From NCBI GenBank assembly GCA_944389455.1, contig CALXMK010000001.1, forward strand, positions 132,249-196,248: a stretch of 64,000 bases of DNA. The letters run 5' to 3'. The position numbers and the translations under genes are program-made. Below are positions 18,947 through 27,417 of the stretch, in pieces (within the stretch, counting starts at the first letter, position 1; the number at the start of each line of letters is the position of its first letter). The notes beneath the pieces are model-generated. The model saw only the letters and a program-made list of their open reading frames with translations, was not told the DNA's origin and did no database searches. Source of the DNA: an uncultured Verrucomicrobiota bacterium (GTDB lineage Bacteria; Verrucomicrobiota; Verrucomicrobiia; Limisphaerales; UBA1412).

Positions 18947-18974
18947 TTGAAATATGAATTTTTTGCATTATACT
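18947..18974 (+). promoter_or_regulatory. sigma70-like promoter for hpf
   Basis: TTGAAA (18947-18952), 16-nt spacer, TATACT (18969-18974), about 100 nt upstream of the hpf ATG. Confidence 0.4.
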
Positions 18975-19082
18975 ATATTTAGTTCGTTTAGAGAGGCTCA
19001 TGCGGTTATCTGCAGAGGGGATCTGAGGAAGAAATTGCGGACTCTGAGCGAACTTTAAAATAAAATGTAACATGGTATAATT

Positions 19083-19436
19083 ATGAAGGTAATCATAACA
19101 TCACATAATCTCAAGGCTACAGAAGCTATTGAAGAACGCGCAAATACACAGCTCGGTAAGCTCGATCGCTTAATTCCGGGTATTTTATCTGCCAGAGTAA
19201 ATCTGGAAAATGATACATCCAAGTTACATATTCCCTGTAAGTGTGTAGTTCGGCTGGAAATACCGGGTAATGATTTAATTGCAGAGGATTCCCAATCTGA
19301 TATGTACACAGCTATTGATAATGTGGTTAAAAAGTTGGCTCAACAGGCGCGCAAAAAACAGAATAAAAATAAAGCAGAAGCAAAAGGTGGTTTAAATATG
19401 TGCGAAGTTGAGAAAATAGTTAAAGGCACAGAGTAA
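19083..19436 (+). CDS. hpf: ribosome hibernation promoting factor / RaiA family (short form)
   Basis: MKVIITSHNLKATEAIEERA...DMYTAIDNVVKKLAQQ is the typical S30AE/HPF fold sequence, followed by a K-rich tail. Confidence 0.85.
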   Translation: MKVIITSHNLKATEAIEERANTQLGKLDRLIPGILSARVNLENDTSKLHIPCKCVVRLEIPGNDLIAEDSQSDMYTAIDNVVKKLAQQARKKQNKNKAEAKGGLNMCEVEKIVKGTE

Positions 19437-19477
19437 TCACTATAGTTTTGACTTTTTGCTATTAAAAGAGACATTTT

Positions 19478-19508
19478 AAGCCGCTTTTCCAAAGAAAAGC
19501 GGCTTTTT
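19478..19508 (+). terminator. intrinsic terminator after hpf
   Basis: Perfect 12-bp stem AAGCCGCTTTTC / GAAAAGCGGCTT, loop CAAA, then TTTTT. Confidence 0.85.
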
Positions 19509-19516
19509 AGCATGAG

Positions 19517-19549
19517 ACCGCATGAATATAAAATATGCGGTTTGTTATT
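19517..19549. terminator. second hairpin between the convergent hpf and TIM-barrel genes
   Basis: ACCGCAT / ATGCGGT 7-bp stem with an 11-nt loop. A T-rich tail is present on the plus strand only. Confidence 0.35.
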
Positions 19550-19565
19550 ATTGTAAAATTAAGTT

Positions 19566-20444
19566 TTATACGTCACAAATTTGAATAGACTGAGCTAAAG
19601 AACGCAGAGGAAGAGGATTAGTCGGGACAAATTCCTGACCAACATATCCCTTATAACCGGTAGCAACAATGGCTTTCATAATAGCCGGATAATTTAGTTC
19701 TTGAGAATCATCTATTTCATTTCTCCCGGGGCATCCTCCGGTGTGATAATGACCAAAGTATTGATGGTTTTCACGAATGGTATTAATAACATCCCCTTCC
19801 ATAATTTGCATATGATAGATATCATAAAGAAGTTTCATTCTTTCAGAACCTATTCTTTTACACATTTCTACACCCCATGCCGAGTGATCACACATATAGT
19901 CTTTATGATCTCGCTTACTGTTTAAAAGTTCCATCACAACTGTTACCTTGTGCTTCTCAGCGATAGGCATCAATTTTTTAAGACCTTTTACACAATTTTC
20001 TAAGCCTTCTTCATCAGACATTCCAGCCCGATTTCCACTAAATGTAATAATATTCTGGAAGCCGTATTTAGCAACAACTGGAATAGCTTCTTCGAAGGCT
20101 TTTAAGTATTTCTCATGATTCTCTACCCGATTCCATCCGTTAGGAATAGATGATGGACCTTCGCACATAGCACAAGTGAGATCGTATTTTTTAATTAGAT
20201 CAAAATTTTTAGGTCCAATCAGTTCCACAGATTCAATTCCGATCTCTTTACAGAATCTGCAAAGTCCCTCCAGTCCAACACTGCCATAGCACCATGCTGA
20301 AACAGAGTGGTGTATGTTTCCTTTTAATCTAGCTCTGGAATCATCAGCCAGCATAGAAAGAGGAAACATCATAGATGCACCTAATATTGTGGCGGTTCCC
20401 GCGACTGTTTTTAACGCTGAACGTCGTGATATTTGTTTATTCAT
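19566..20444 (-). CDS. Tat-exported sugar phosphate isomerase/epimerase (xylose isomerase-like TIM barrel, hydroxypyruvate-isomerase-like)
   Basis: Twin-arginine signal SRRSALKTVAGTATILGASMM. TIM-barrel family pattern (..VELIGP.., ..VVMELLN.., ..GHYHTGG..). Confidence 0.7.
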   Translation of the reverse strand: MNKQISRRSALKTVAGTATILGASMMFPLSMLADDSRARLKGNIHHSVSAWCYGSVGLEGLCRFCKEIGIESVELIGPKNFDLIKKYDLTCAMCEGPSSIPNGWNRVENHEKYLKAFEEAIPVVAKYGFQNIITFSGNRAGMSDEEGLENCVKGLKKLMPIAEKHKVTVVMELLNSKRDHKDYMCDHSAWGVEMCKRIGSERMKLLYDIYHMQIMEGDVINTIRENHQYFGHYHTGGCPGRNEIDDSQELNYPAIMKAIVATGYKGYVGQEFVPTNPLPLRSLAQSIQICDV

Positions 20445-20449
20445 ATACT

Positions 20450-22261
20450 CTAATAGATAATAATTTGAACGATAGCTTTCATGGCTTCTGCCACTGAAGC
20501 ATTAAATTTTTGTTCTTGAATCTCAGGGGGAGGAAGTAATTTATTTTTTACTTCAGGCAATGTTTCAAAAAGCGAAAAGGCATATTGTGATCTTATTGCA
20601 TTGCGGTATGAAGTGGACTCTTGTAGCAGTTCCAAAGAATTGGATCCAAAGTTTTCATCAGCACTAATATCTAGAATACCAATTACTTCTCCAGAAGCAG
20701 TGATGATTGGCGCACCAGTGTTTTGTGAATTGATTATCATACCAATTTTTAGGTATCTTGGATCATCTTTAATTCCGGAAAGCCCTTTAATATTTCCTTC
20801 AACAAGAGCAGGATTCCAAGCAAGTTTATCAAAATCTGAGAAGCCAATAGTGAATATAGGTGCTCCCATTGTAAAGGAAGCTGTGGGAGCCAATGCTAAA
20901 GGGGTGATCGAATTGCCAATTGTTGCAATGGGCTGTTCTTGAGTCAAAAGTGAATTTGTAACGATAGAGCGAACCTGATTGTCTATTTTTAATAATGCAA
21001 TATTATTGTGAACGTCTGCTAAAACAATTTCAGCTTTGAAATATCCAGATGAAGTACGCGCATATAGAGCTGTGTGCCCAATTAAGGGCTGGTATGATGT
21101 AAGGATGTGACCATCAGTGGTAATGAAAAAACCGGAAATTGTGTTTTCAATTGGCATATTGGCAGCTAATGGATCTAGATCTGTAAATTTTCCTTGATTT
21201 TGGATAAAATGAATAAATTTCGAGCTAAGTTCTTGGCCTTCACGTATTTGCTGGACTGTCATTCTTTTAATAAGCTTTTGTCGCATATTTAATGCCTTGG
21301 CATTTCCTTTTGATGCAGAAATATTAAGCCATTTATATGCTTCGACTTGATTTGCTTTAACTCCGAATCCGATAGAATAGCAAATTCCAAGATAATATTG
21401 AGCAAGAGCATCGTTGTAGAGTGCTCCACGTAAGAACCAGAGAATTGCATTACGTGAATTTTGAGGGACTCCTAGTCCTTCTTGATATAGGATTCCGATA
21501 CGTGTCATTGCTGGTGGATATTTATTTCCTGCTGCGGTGTAGGCCCAGTAGGCACTTTCTGTACTATTTGGTTCTACTCCTCGTCCTGCAATATAGAGTA
21601 GTGAAAGAAAATATTGGGCTTCTGGATGGCCGAGATCTGCTGCTTTCTGAGCCCAAAGAAAAGCTTGACGATAATTTTTGGGATAATAATCACTTCCTCT
21701 TTCGTAATGTTTAGCTACCCATAGCTGAGCTTCGGGATAGTTTAAAGCGGCGGCTTTTTCAATATGAGAAATTGCGTGTTTGATTTCTTTTTTTTGTGAA
21801 GAACTGTTATAGATTCGTAGTCCAAGTTCATAGTTTGCTTCGGGATTGTCATTTTGAGCTGCAAACATAATATCTGTCAGAGGCTTTGCATAAAAAACAG
21901 AATTAGTATGCCATATAAATTGAGAGGAAAGATTAGATGCTGTTTGATCTTGATTGTTTATCGTAAATGATAAGGGAGGTGATAATGGTTCAGAACTAAC
22001 AAGAGGTTGATTTTTAGAAGTAGAAATTTCTTCAGGAGAGCGGACTTGCACAATTTTTGCAGGTAATGCGGTTTCTGGGCTTGGGGCTGATGGAAGGGAT
22101 ATTTCTTCTTGCTGTGATGTAATTTCTTCTGCAATTAAATAGTAAGGAGTAAAAAGAAAGCCAGCGACCAATAAAATAGATAGTATTATTGAAAAAGGAT
22201 TTATCATTTTTCTGTTAAGCCTCATTTTTTGCCTATAAAAATAACGACCACCCACGCTCAT
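20450..22261 (-). CDS. membrane-anchored Sel1-repeat protein with C-terminal degenerate trypsin-like (S1C/HtrA-like) domain
   Basis: N-terminal TM helix, S/P-rich linker, and about 6 Sel1 repeats (..YELGLRIY.., ..AQLWVAKHY.., ..AQYFLSLLY.., ..MTRIGILYQEG.., ..AQYYLGICY..). These are followed by HtrA-like blocks GFFITTDGHILTSYQPL, NNIALLKID and NSQNTGAPIITASGEVIGI. The true start may be the internal Met at 22207. Confidence 0.7.
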   Translation of the reverse strand: MSVGGRYFYRQKMRLNRKMINPFSIILSILLVAGFLFTPYYLIAEEITSQQEEISLPSAPSPETALPAKIVQVRSPEEISTSKNQPLVSSEPLSPPLSFTINNQDQTASNLSSQFIWHTNSVFYAKPLTDIMFAAQNDNPEANYELGLRIYNSSSQKKEIKHAISHIEKAAALNYPEAQLWVAKHYERGSDYYPKNYRQAFLWAQKAADLGHPEAQYFLSLLYIAGRGVEPNSTESAYWAYTAAGNKYPPAMTRIGILYQEGLGVPQNSRNAILWFLRGALYNDALAQYYLGICYSIGFGVKANQVEAYKWLNISASKGNAKALNMRQKLIKRMTVQQIREGQELSSKFIHFIQNQGKFTDLDPLAANMPIENTISGFFITTDGHILTSYQPLIGHTALYARTSSGYFKAEIVLADVHNNIALLKIDNQVRSIVTNSLLTQEQPIATIGNSITPLALAPTASFTMGAPIFTIGFSDFDKLAWNPALVEGNIKGLSGIKDDPRYLKIGMIINSQNTGAPIITASGEVIGILDISADENFGSNSLELLQESTSYRNAIRSQYAFSLFETLPEVKNKLLPPPEIQEQKFNASVAEAMKAIVQIIIY

Positions 22262-22434
22262 TGCAGTAATAGTACACTAAAATTTTTAGGCAGGCAACCC
22301 TTAGAAGGGTGGTTCTAGCAAAATTTTCTGAACAGAGGATATATCAGTTGGACTTGAAATGCTTATGGTTTAAACGGTTTAGGTAAAGTATGAATATTGA
22401 AGAGAGATAAAGTTATGTTCAAACCAATTTGAAA

Positions 22435-22523
22435 TAAAAAAGAGGCAGAAATTAATTCGTAAAGAGGAATTCCTGCCTCCAAAAGATCTATAAAAATGAT
22501 ACTAGAAAAAAAAGCGCAGTCAA
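22435..22523 (-). promoter_or_regulatory. orphan promoter plus intrinsic terminator (candidate ~55-nt transcript or leader attenuator)
   Basis: Minus strand: TTGACT (22523..22518), 16-nt spacer, TATCAT (22501..22496), then hairpin GAGGCAG...CTGCCTC (22479..22442) followed by TTTTTT (22441..22436). Confidence 0.35.
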
Positions 22524-22550
22524 TCTTAAATGTTTTAAAAAAAGAGAATT

Positions 22551-22585
22551 TAAAAAAAACGAGAAACACAAATCGTGTTTCTCGT
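22551..22585 (-). terminator. intrinsic terminator after ptsH
   Basis: Perfect 11-bp stem ACGAGAAACAC / GTGTTTCTCGT, 5-nt loop, followed on the minus strand by a run of 8 T. Confidence 0.85.
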
Positions 22586-22621
22586 TTTAAAATGTTTTAA
22601 GTAAGTATTTTACAGAGAAAA

Positions 22622-22924
22622 TTATTCTTCGCCAAATTTTTCGTTTACTAATTTCTGAAGCTCATCTAGAGCTTCACGAGCATCAGGTCCATTGGCTTTG
22701 ACTATAATATGACTTCCTTCTCCTGCAGCCAACATCATTAATCCCATAATGCTCTTCCCATTAACTTCTTCACCATCTTTTTCTACATAGATGGAAGATT
22801 TATAACGCCCCGCTAGTTTGACAAACTTGGAAGCTGGTCTTGCATGCAGACCATATCGATTCAAAATAACCATCTCCTGAGACAAACCTTCAGAAGTATT
22901 TGCTTGATCACTTACGCTACTCAC
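22622..22924 (-). CDS. ptsH: phosphocarrier protein HPr
   Basis: His15 region NRYGLHARPASKFV and Ser46 region NGKSIMGLMML. About 15 extra N-terminal residues if the first ATG is used. Confidence 0.9.
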   Translation of the reverse strand: MSSVSDQANTSEGLSQEMVILNRYGLHARPASKFVKLAGRYKSSIYVEKDGEEVNGKSIMGLMMLAAGEGSHIIVKANGPDAREALDELQKLVNEKFGEE

Positions 22925-23074
22925 AACGACTCCATCTATAGAAAATCTATATTATCAGTTATCTATGCACCACTTTCGTGGAGCTCCCCTTCACTATACA
23001 TATGTTTTGCTCTTAATGCAAAACAAAAATGACAATCAGTAACTTTGTTAATCAAATGCCAAAATGTATGTGTT

Positions 23075-23148
23075 TGGCTGTCCGACCTGGATTCGAACCA
23101 AGACAGAGGCTTCCAAAGAGCCTAGTGCTACCGTTACACCATCGGACA
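23075..23148 (-). tRNA. tRNA-Gln (anticodon TTG)
   Basis: Minus-strand cloverleaf TGTCCGA TG GTGT AACGGTA GCAC T AGGCT CTTTGGA AGCCT CTGT CTTGG TTCGAAT CCAGG TCGGACA G CCA. It has the U1:A72 pair typical of tRNA-Gln. Confidence 0.93.
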
Positions 23149-23206
23149 AGCCGCCAAAAAAAGAGTATCACTTTGTGTAGAATTATGGAAGTATTTTTTA
23201 AAAGTA

Positions 23207-23235
23207 TTGAATTTTTTTTTGTTTTTCTTTAGAGT
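23207..23235 (+). promoter_or_regulatory. sigma70-like promoter for the nucleoside transporter gene
   Basis: TTGAAT (23207-23212), 17-nt spacer, TAGAGT (23230-23235). Confidence 0.3.
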
Positions 23236-23261
23236 CGTTAGTGTTGTTGAGAGTATTTACT

Positions 23262-25019
23262 ATGAATGTTTTTTCAAAAATTCGGTTACCTTTGATGATG
23301 CTGATTCAATACATCGTTTGGGGTGTGTGGTATTCAACCTTAGGAGCTTATATGAGCGAAAAGGGGTTTTCTGCAAGTCAGATTCCATTGGCTTATTCTT
23401 CGACAGCTATTGCTAGTATGATTTCCCCTCTTTTTGTGGGAATAATTGCGGATCGTTTTTTTGCAACTCAAAAGGTAATGGCTATACTTCATTTTCTTGC
23501 AGCAATTTTTGCGGTTTTGGTTGTAACACAAGATTCATTTTTGCCGTTCTTTTGTTTTCTTTTGCTTCACACAATTTGCTATATGCCTACGTTGGCTTTA
23601 GCAAATTCGATTTCTTTGAGAAATTTAGAAAAGCCTGCTGAGCAATTTCCATTAATTCGTGTTTTTGGCAGTTTTGGATGGATTGCAGCTGGATTCATTA
23701 TTTCTGGATTAATGTTTGATAAGTCAGCAGGGATGTTTTATACAGCTGCGGCTTTTGGGGTATTTATGTCTTTCTATTGTTTGACCTTGCCTCATACACC
23801 TCCGTTAAAAACTGGTAAAAAACCTACCGTGAGAGAAATTATTGGGCTGGATGCTTTATCCTTGCTGAAGGATAAAAATGTTACAGTTTTTATGTTGGGA
23901 TCTTTTTTGACATGTATTCCTCTGACTTTCTATTTCAATGAAACGGGTATTTATTTAGCAGATAGCGGAATTGAGAAAATCGCTATGACGATGACTGTTG
24001 GACAATGGATCGAAGCGGGATTTTTTTTAATAATGCCTCTTATGTTAAGAGGGTTAGGAATTAAAAAAGTGTTATTGCTTGGTATGCTTTGTTGGGCTAT
24101 AAGATTATTCTGTTTCGGATTTGCATCTGGCACAACAGGCTCATTATTGTGGCTTATTATTTTGGGAATTACTCTACATGGGATGTCTTATGATTTCTTC
24201 TTTGTGTCAGGTCAGATCTATATTGATCGCAGAGCACCCAAAGAACTCCGTAGTTCTGCACAAGGGCTACTTTATTCGCTGACTTTAGGTGCCGGGATGC
24301 TTGTTGGAAGCCTAGTTGTATCATGGGTAAATGTACAGAATACATATCAAGGTTACTTGCCTGATAATACACAGCCGGTTGTGGTGTATAATTGGCCTTA
24401 TATTTGGTATATAGCGTCTGCTATGGCTGTTTTTGTTTTCATTTTGTTTGCATTTGCTTTTGAAGATACAGATGCAAAAGATGCAGCAGAGATGAAGTTG
24501 CGTAGTGCGAATTTTACAAAAGCATGGGGGGCAATAGGGGGAATTCTTATAACTATGTTAGTCATTAGTTTTGCTTTTCATTTCTTCTTGTTGAAAGGGG
24601 CTACTTGCGCCGGATTGTGGGGGGATTTGGAAAAACAGGTAAAGATTCAGATTTCAACTTCAGAAGTTACTACAGACTCAGGGAAAAGACAGGTTGTAGG
24701 GAACTTTTTGTTGACTCAAACTTTAAAGGATAAAGAGAAGATTTATCACCTTGCTAAAATTTCTGATGTGATGGGAGGTGTTGATGAAAATATTCCTGGT
24801 AAACATCAAGTGGAGTTTGAAGCTTCCGTTGTTAAACTAGTTGAAAATGGTACTAATCGTATTCCTATGACGGAAGTGCTCAAGACGGGAAGAGGTATTC
24901 TCGTTTGGAGTCAATCTAAAACAGATGGAGATAAAATTACCTATGAATTTATTGACGGAGAGAATAATTCAGAAAAATATATTCTTTCACGCCAAAAGAA
25001 GGTTTATCATAAAGAATAA
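23262..25019 (+). CDS. MFS nucleoside:H+ symporter (NupG/XapB-like) fused to an extra TM helix and ~150-aa C-terminal domain
   Basis: The 12-TM MFS core resembles NupG (..MMLIQYIVWGVWYSTLGAY.., ..GIIADRFF.., ..FGSFGWI..). After about residue 420 comes a 13th TM (AWGAIGGILITMLVISFAFHFF) and a soluble tail. ATG at 23262 preferred over GTG at 23241. Confidence 0.7.
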   Translation: MNVFSKIRLPLMMLIQYIVWGVWYSTLGAYMSEKGFSASQIPLAYSSTAIASMISPLFVGIIADRFFATQKVMAILHFLAAIFAVLVVTQDSFLPFFCFLLLHTICYMPTLALANSISLRNLEKPAEQFPLIRVFGSFGWIAAGFIISGLMFDKSAGMFYTAAAFGVFMSFYCLTLPHTPPLKTGKKPTVREIIGLDALSLLKDKNVTVFMLGSFLTCIPLTFYFNETGIYLADSGIEKIAMTMTVGQWIEAGFFLIMPLMLRGLGIKKVLLLGMLCWAIRLFCFGFASGTTGSLLWLIILGITLHGMSYDFFFVSGQIYIDRRAPKELRSSAQGLLYSLTLGAGMLVGSLVVSWVNVQNTYQGYLPDNTQPVVVYNWPYIWYIASAMAVFVFILFAFAFEDTDAKDAAEMKLRSANFTKAWGAIGGILITMLVISFAFHFFLLKGATCAGLWGDLEKQVKIQISTSEVTTDSGKRQVVGNFLLTQTLKDKEKIYHLAKISDVMGGVDENIPGKHQVEFEASVVKLVENGTNRIPMTEVLKTGRGILVWSQSKTDGDKITYEFIDGENNSEKYILSRQKKVYHKE

Positions 25020-25110
25020 GCATAACTTTGGCAAAGCTGACTTTTTTAAGATGTCAACGCAGAGAAAAAGATGATACATTCAGTGATAAGGGAATTCTGT
25101 AGGAGAATTT

Positions 25111-25587
25111 ATGACAATTGCCGTTTATCCAGGGAGTTTTGATCCTATTCATAATGGGCATATCGATGTAATTGCTCGAGCAGCAAAAGTCTTTGATCGG
25201 CTGATTGTGATGATTGCCAATAATGATGCAAAGCAACCGTGTTTTACATTATTAGAGCGAAAACAAATGATTGATGAATCTCTTAAACATCTTCATAATG
25301 TAGAGACAGATATTTTAGATGGGCTGTTGATTGAAACTGTCTATCAAAAAAAAGCTCAAGTGATTGTTCGTGGATTGAGAGCTGTAAGTGATTTTGAGTA
25401 TGAATTTCAGATGGCTCTTATGAACCGGAGACTAAAGGAAGATATTGAAACATTTTTTGTTGTTCCTTCAGAAGATCATACATTCATTAGTTCCAGGTTG
25501 GTAAAAGAAGTGGCAAGACTGGGTGGAGAAGTAGGTGCTTTTGTTCCGGAACATGTAAAAAAAGCGCTAATCAGCAAATTACAATAA
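25111..25587 (+). CDS. coaD: phosphopantetheine adenylyltransferase
   Basis: MTIAVYPGSFDPIHNGHIDVI.. and ..ISSRLVKE motifs; 158 aa. Confidence 0.95.
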   Translation: MTIAVYPGSFDPIHNGHIDVIARAAKVFDRLIVMIANNDAKQPCFTLLERKQMIDESLKHLHNVETDILDGLLIETVYQKKAQVIVRGLRAVSDFEYEFQMALMNRRLKEDIETFFVVPSEDHTFISSRLVKEVARLGGEVGAFVPEHVKKALISKLQ

Positions 25588-25590
25588 TTT

Positions 25591-26082
25591 ATGCCAGTAA
25601 TATTTCAGTTAAAACAACTTTTACACGAAGATGTGAAAACAGAGGGGAAGCTCACTCCAGAGGAGCTTTCTTTGCCGGAAGATGATGAATGTATAAAGAT
25701 GACTGAGAATGTTAACTATACACTAACTGCTAGCAGACAAGGTTCTCAGGTTTGGATTATCGGCAAGATTAATTTTACATTAGATTGCATATGTGTGAGG
25801 TGTTTGTCTTCTTTCAAGATGCCAATAGAAATACAATACTCAGAATTTTTCACATTAGAGGGAGAAGAGAGTATTCCTATAAAAGATGATAGTATAGACT
25901 TGACTAATTATATTCGAGAAGATATTCTCCTGAATTATCCGCAGCATCCGCTGTGTGATAGAAATTGTAATCGGTTTCCCGATCAACCGGTACGTAATAG
26001 AGAAAACAAAAGAGGGTCCGACGCTAAGTCAGAAAGTGTTTCACTGGCGTGGAGTGAATTAGATAAGCTGAAATTGGATTAA
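25591..26082 (+). CDS. yceD: YceD/DUF177 family protein (large-subunit rRNA accumulation)
   Basis: 163 aa with CxxC..C..C pattern (CICVRCL ... PLCDRNCN), in the conserved position upstream of rpmF-plsX. Confidence 0.8.
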   Translation: MPVIFQLKQLLHEDVKTEGKLTPEELSLPEDDECIKMTENVNYTLTASRQGSQVWIIGKINFTLDCICVRCLSSFKMPIEIQYSEFFTLEGEESIPIKDDSIDLTNYIREDILLNYPQHPLCDRNCNRFPDQPVRNRENKRGSDAKSESVSLAWSELDKLKLD

Positions 26083-26088
26083 AGAATT

Positions 26089-26277
26089 ATGGCTGTACCA
26101 AAAAGAAAACCGTCTCATAGCCGTCAACGTATGCGCCGTGCGCAAAATAGTGTATTAAAACTGCCCCAGTTGGGGATTTGTCCACAATGTGCTGCCCCAT
26201 ACCTTCCACATAGGGTTTGTCCATCCTGTGGTTATTATAAAGGACGCCAGGTAGTCACTGTATCGCCTCTTGGCTAG
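26089..26277 (+). CDS. rpmF: 50S ribosomal protein L32
   Basis: [19 protein letters not shown].. with the zinc-ribbon pattern CPQC..CPSCG. Confidence 0.95.
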   Translation: MAVPKRKPSHSRQRMRRAQNSVLKLPQLGICPQCAAPYLPHRVCPSCGYYKGRQVVTVSPLG

Positions 26278-26338
26278 GGATTATTTGTTTAATTGAAGTG
26301 CGGAGGTGCGAGAGTGTCGCATCCCGCTCTCTTTATTT

Positions 26339-27394
26339 ATGCGTGTTGCTGTTGATGCAATGGGGGGAGATCATGGCCCCGGAGTAGTTGTGCGAGGAGT
26401 ACAACGAGCATTAGCTTCCGTTTATTCTATTTCCAAAATATATCTAGTTGGAGATAGAGCGACTCTGAAGAGAGAATTGGAGGAATGCGGTTGTAATGAT
26501 CCGAGGTTAGAGATTTGCCATGCATCGCAGGTTCTTACAATGGAAGATAAGCCTGTAGATGCATTAAGGCATAAAAAAGATTGTTCCATTGCAAGAGCAG
26601 TTGAACTAGTAAAAGGTGGATTAGCGCAGGTGCTGGTTTCTCCAGGCAATACAGGAGGAGTAGTGGCTGCTACTCATATTCGTCTCCGCCCGTTGAAAGG
26701 AGTAGAGCGTCCAGCGATTGCAGCTGTTATTCCTGCGCAAAATAATTCCTTTGTTTTATTAGACGCGGGTGGTTTTATAGATAGCCGTCCTTCTCATTTA
26801 ATGCAATACGGGATTATGGGAAGTGTTTATTCCCGTGAAGTTTTAGGCTATAATAAACCACGTGTTGGGGTCTTAAATATTGGAACAGAGGTAGTAAAGG
26901 GGAATGAATTAACACGAGAGACGTTTGAATTACTCTCAAAAGTAGATAAAGCGGGTATTGTTCACTTTATAGGAAATGTGGAGGGGCATGATTTGTTTGA
27001 AAATCATGTAGATGTGGTTGTATGTGATGGATTTCTTGGAAATGTAGTACTAAAAACCTGTGAGAGTTTTGGGCGACATTTATTGAGGTGGATTCAAACA
27101 GAAATATCACGAAGTCCTACTCGTGTCATAGGTGCTTTGCTGGCACAAGGTGTTTTTAAGTCTATTAAAAGGGGAATGGATCCTGATAATGTTGGAGGAG
27201 CTCCGCTTTTAGGGTTAAACGGAGCTGTAATGAAATCCCATGGCTCTGCATCAGAAAGAGCTATTTTTAATGCGATACGCTTAGGAGTTAGAGCGGCGAA
27301 TCAGAATATTAATCAAATTATTATCGATGAAATTGCTATGGCAGCAGATGCTCTTGGAGATGCCATTGCCGCTGCTAATAGCAGAATGAATTGA
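26339..27394 (+). CDS. plsX: phosphate acyltransferase PlsX
   Basis: MRVAVDAMGGDHGP.. from the ATG at 26339 (the track start 26306 is upstream), plus ..LGLNGAVMKSHGS. Ends at TGA 27392-27394. Confidence 0.92.
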   Translation: MRVAVDAMGGDHGPGVVVRGVQRALASVYSISKIYLVGDRATLKRELEECGCNDPRLEICHASQVLTMEDKPVDALRHKKDCSIARAVELVKGGLAQVLVSPGNTGGVVAATHIRLRPLKGVERPAIAAVIPAQNNSFVLLDAGGFIDSRPSHLMQYGIMGSVYSREVLGYNKPRVGVLNIGTEVVKGNELTRETFELLSKVDKAGIVHFIGNVEGHDLFENHVDVVVCDGFLGNVVLKTCESFGRHLLRWIQTEISRSPTRVIGALLAQGVFKSIKRGMDPDNVGGAPLLGLNGAVMKSHGSASERAIFNAIRLGVRAANQNINQIIIDEIAMAADALGDAIAAANSRMN

Positions 27395-27417
27395 AAAACT
27401 GCAAAAGAAGGAACACG

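Noticed and set aside
22363-22569. 68-aa minus-strand ORF in the ptsH/Sel1 intergenic region
   Set aside because: It starts inside the ptsH terminator stem, runs through a second terminator hairpin, and has an F/L/I-rich low-complexity product with no SD.
23029-23232. 67-aa track ORF
   Set aside because: It overlaps tRNA-Gln (23075-23148) on the opposite strand and is a translation artefact of the tRNA sequence.
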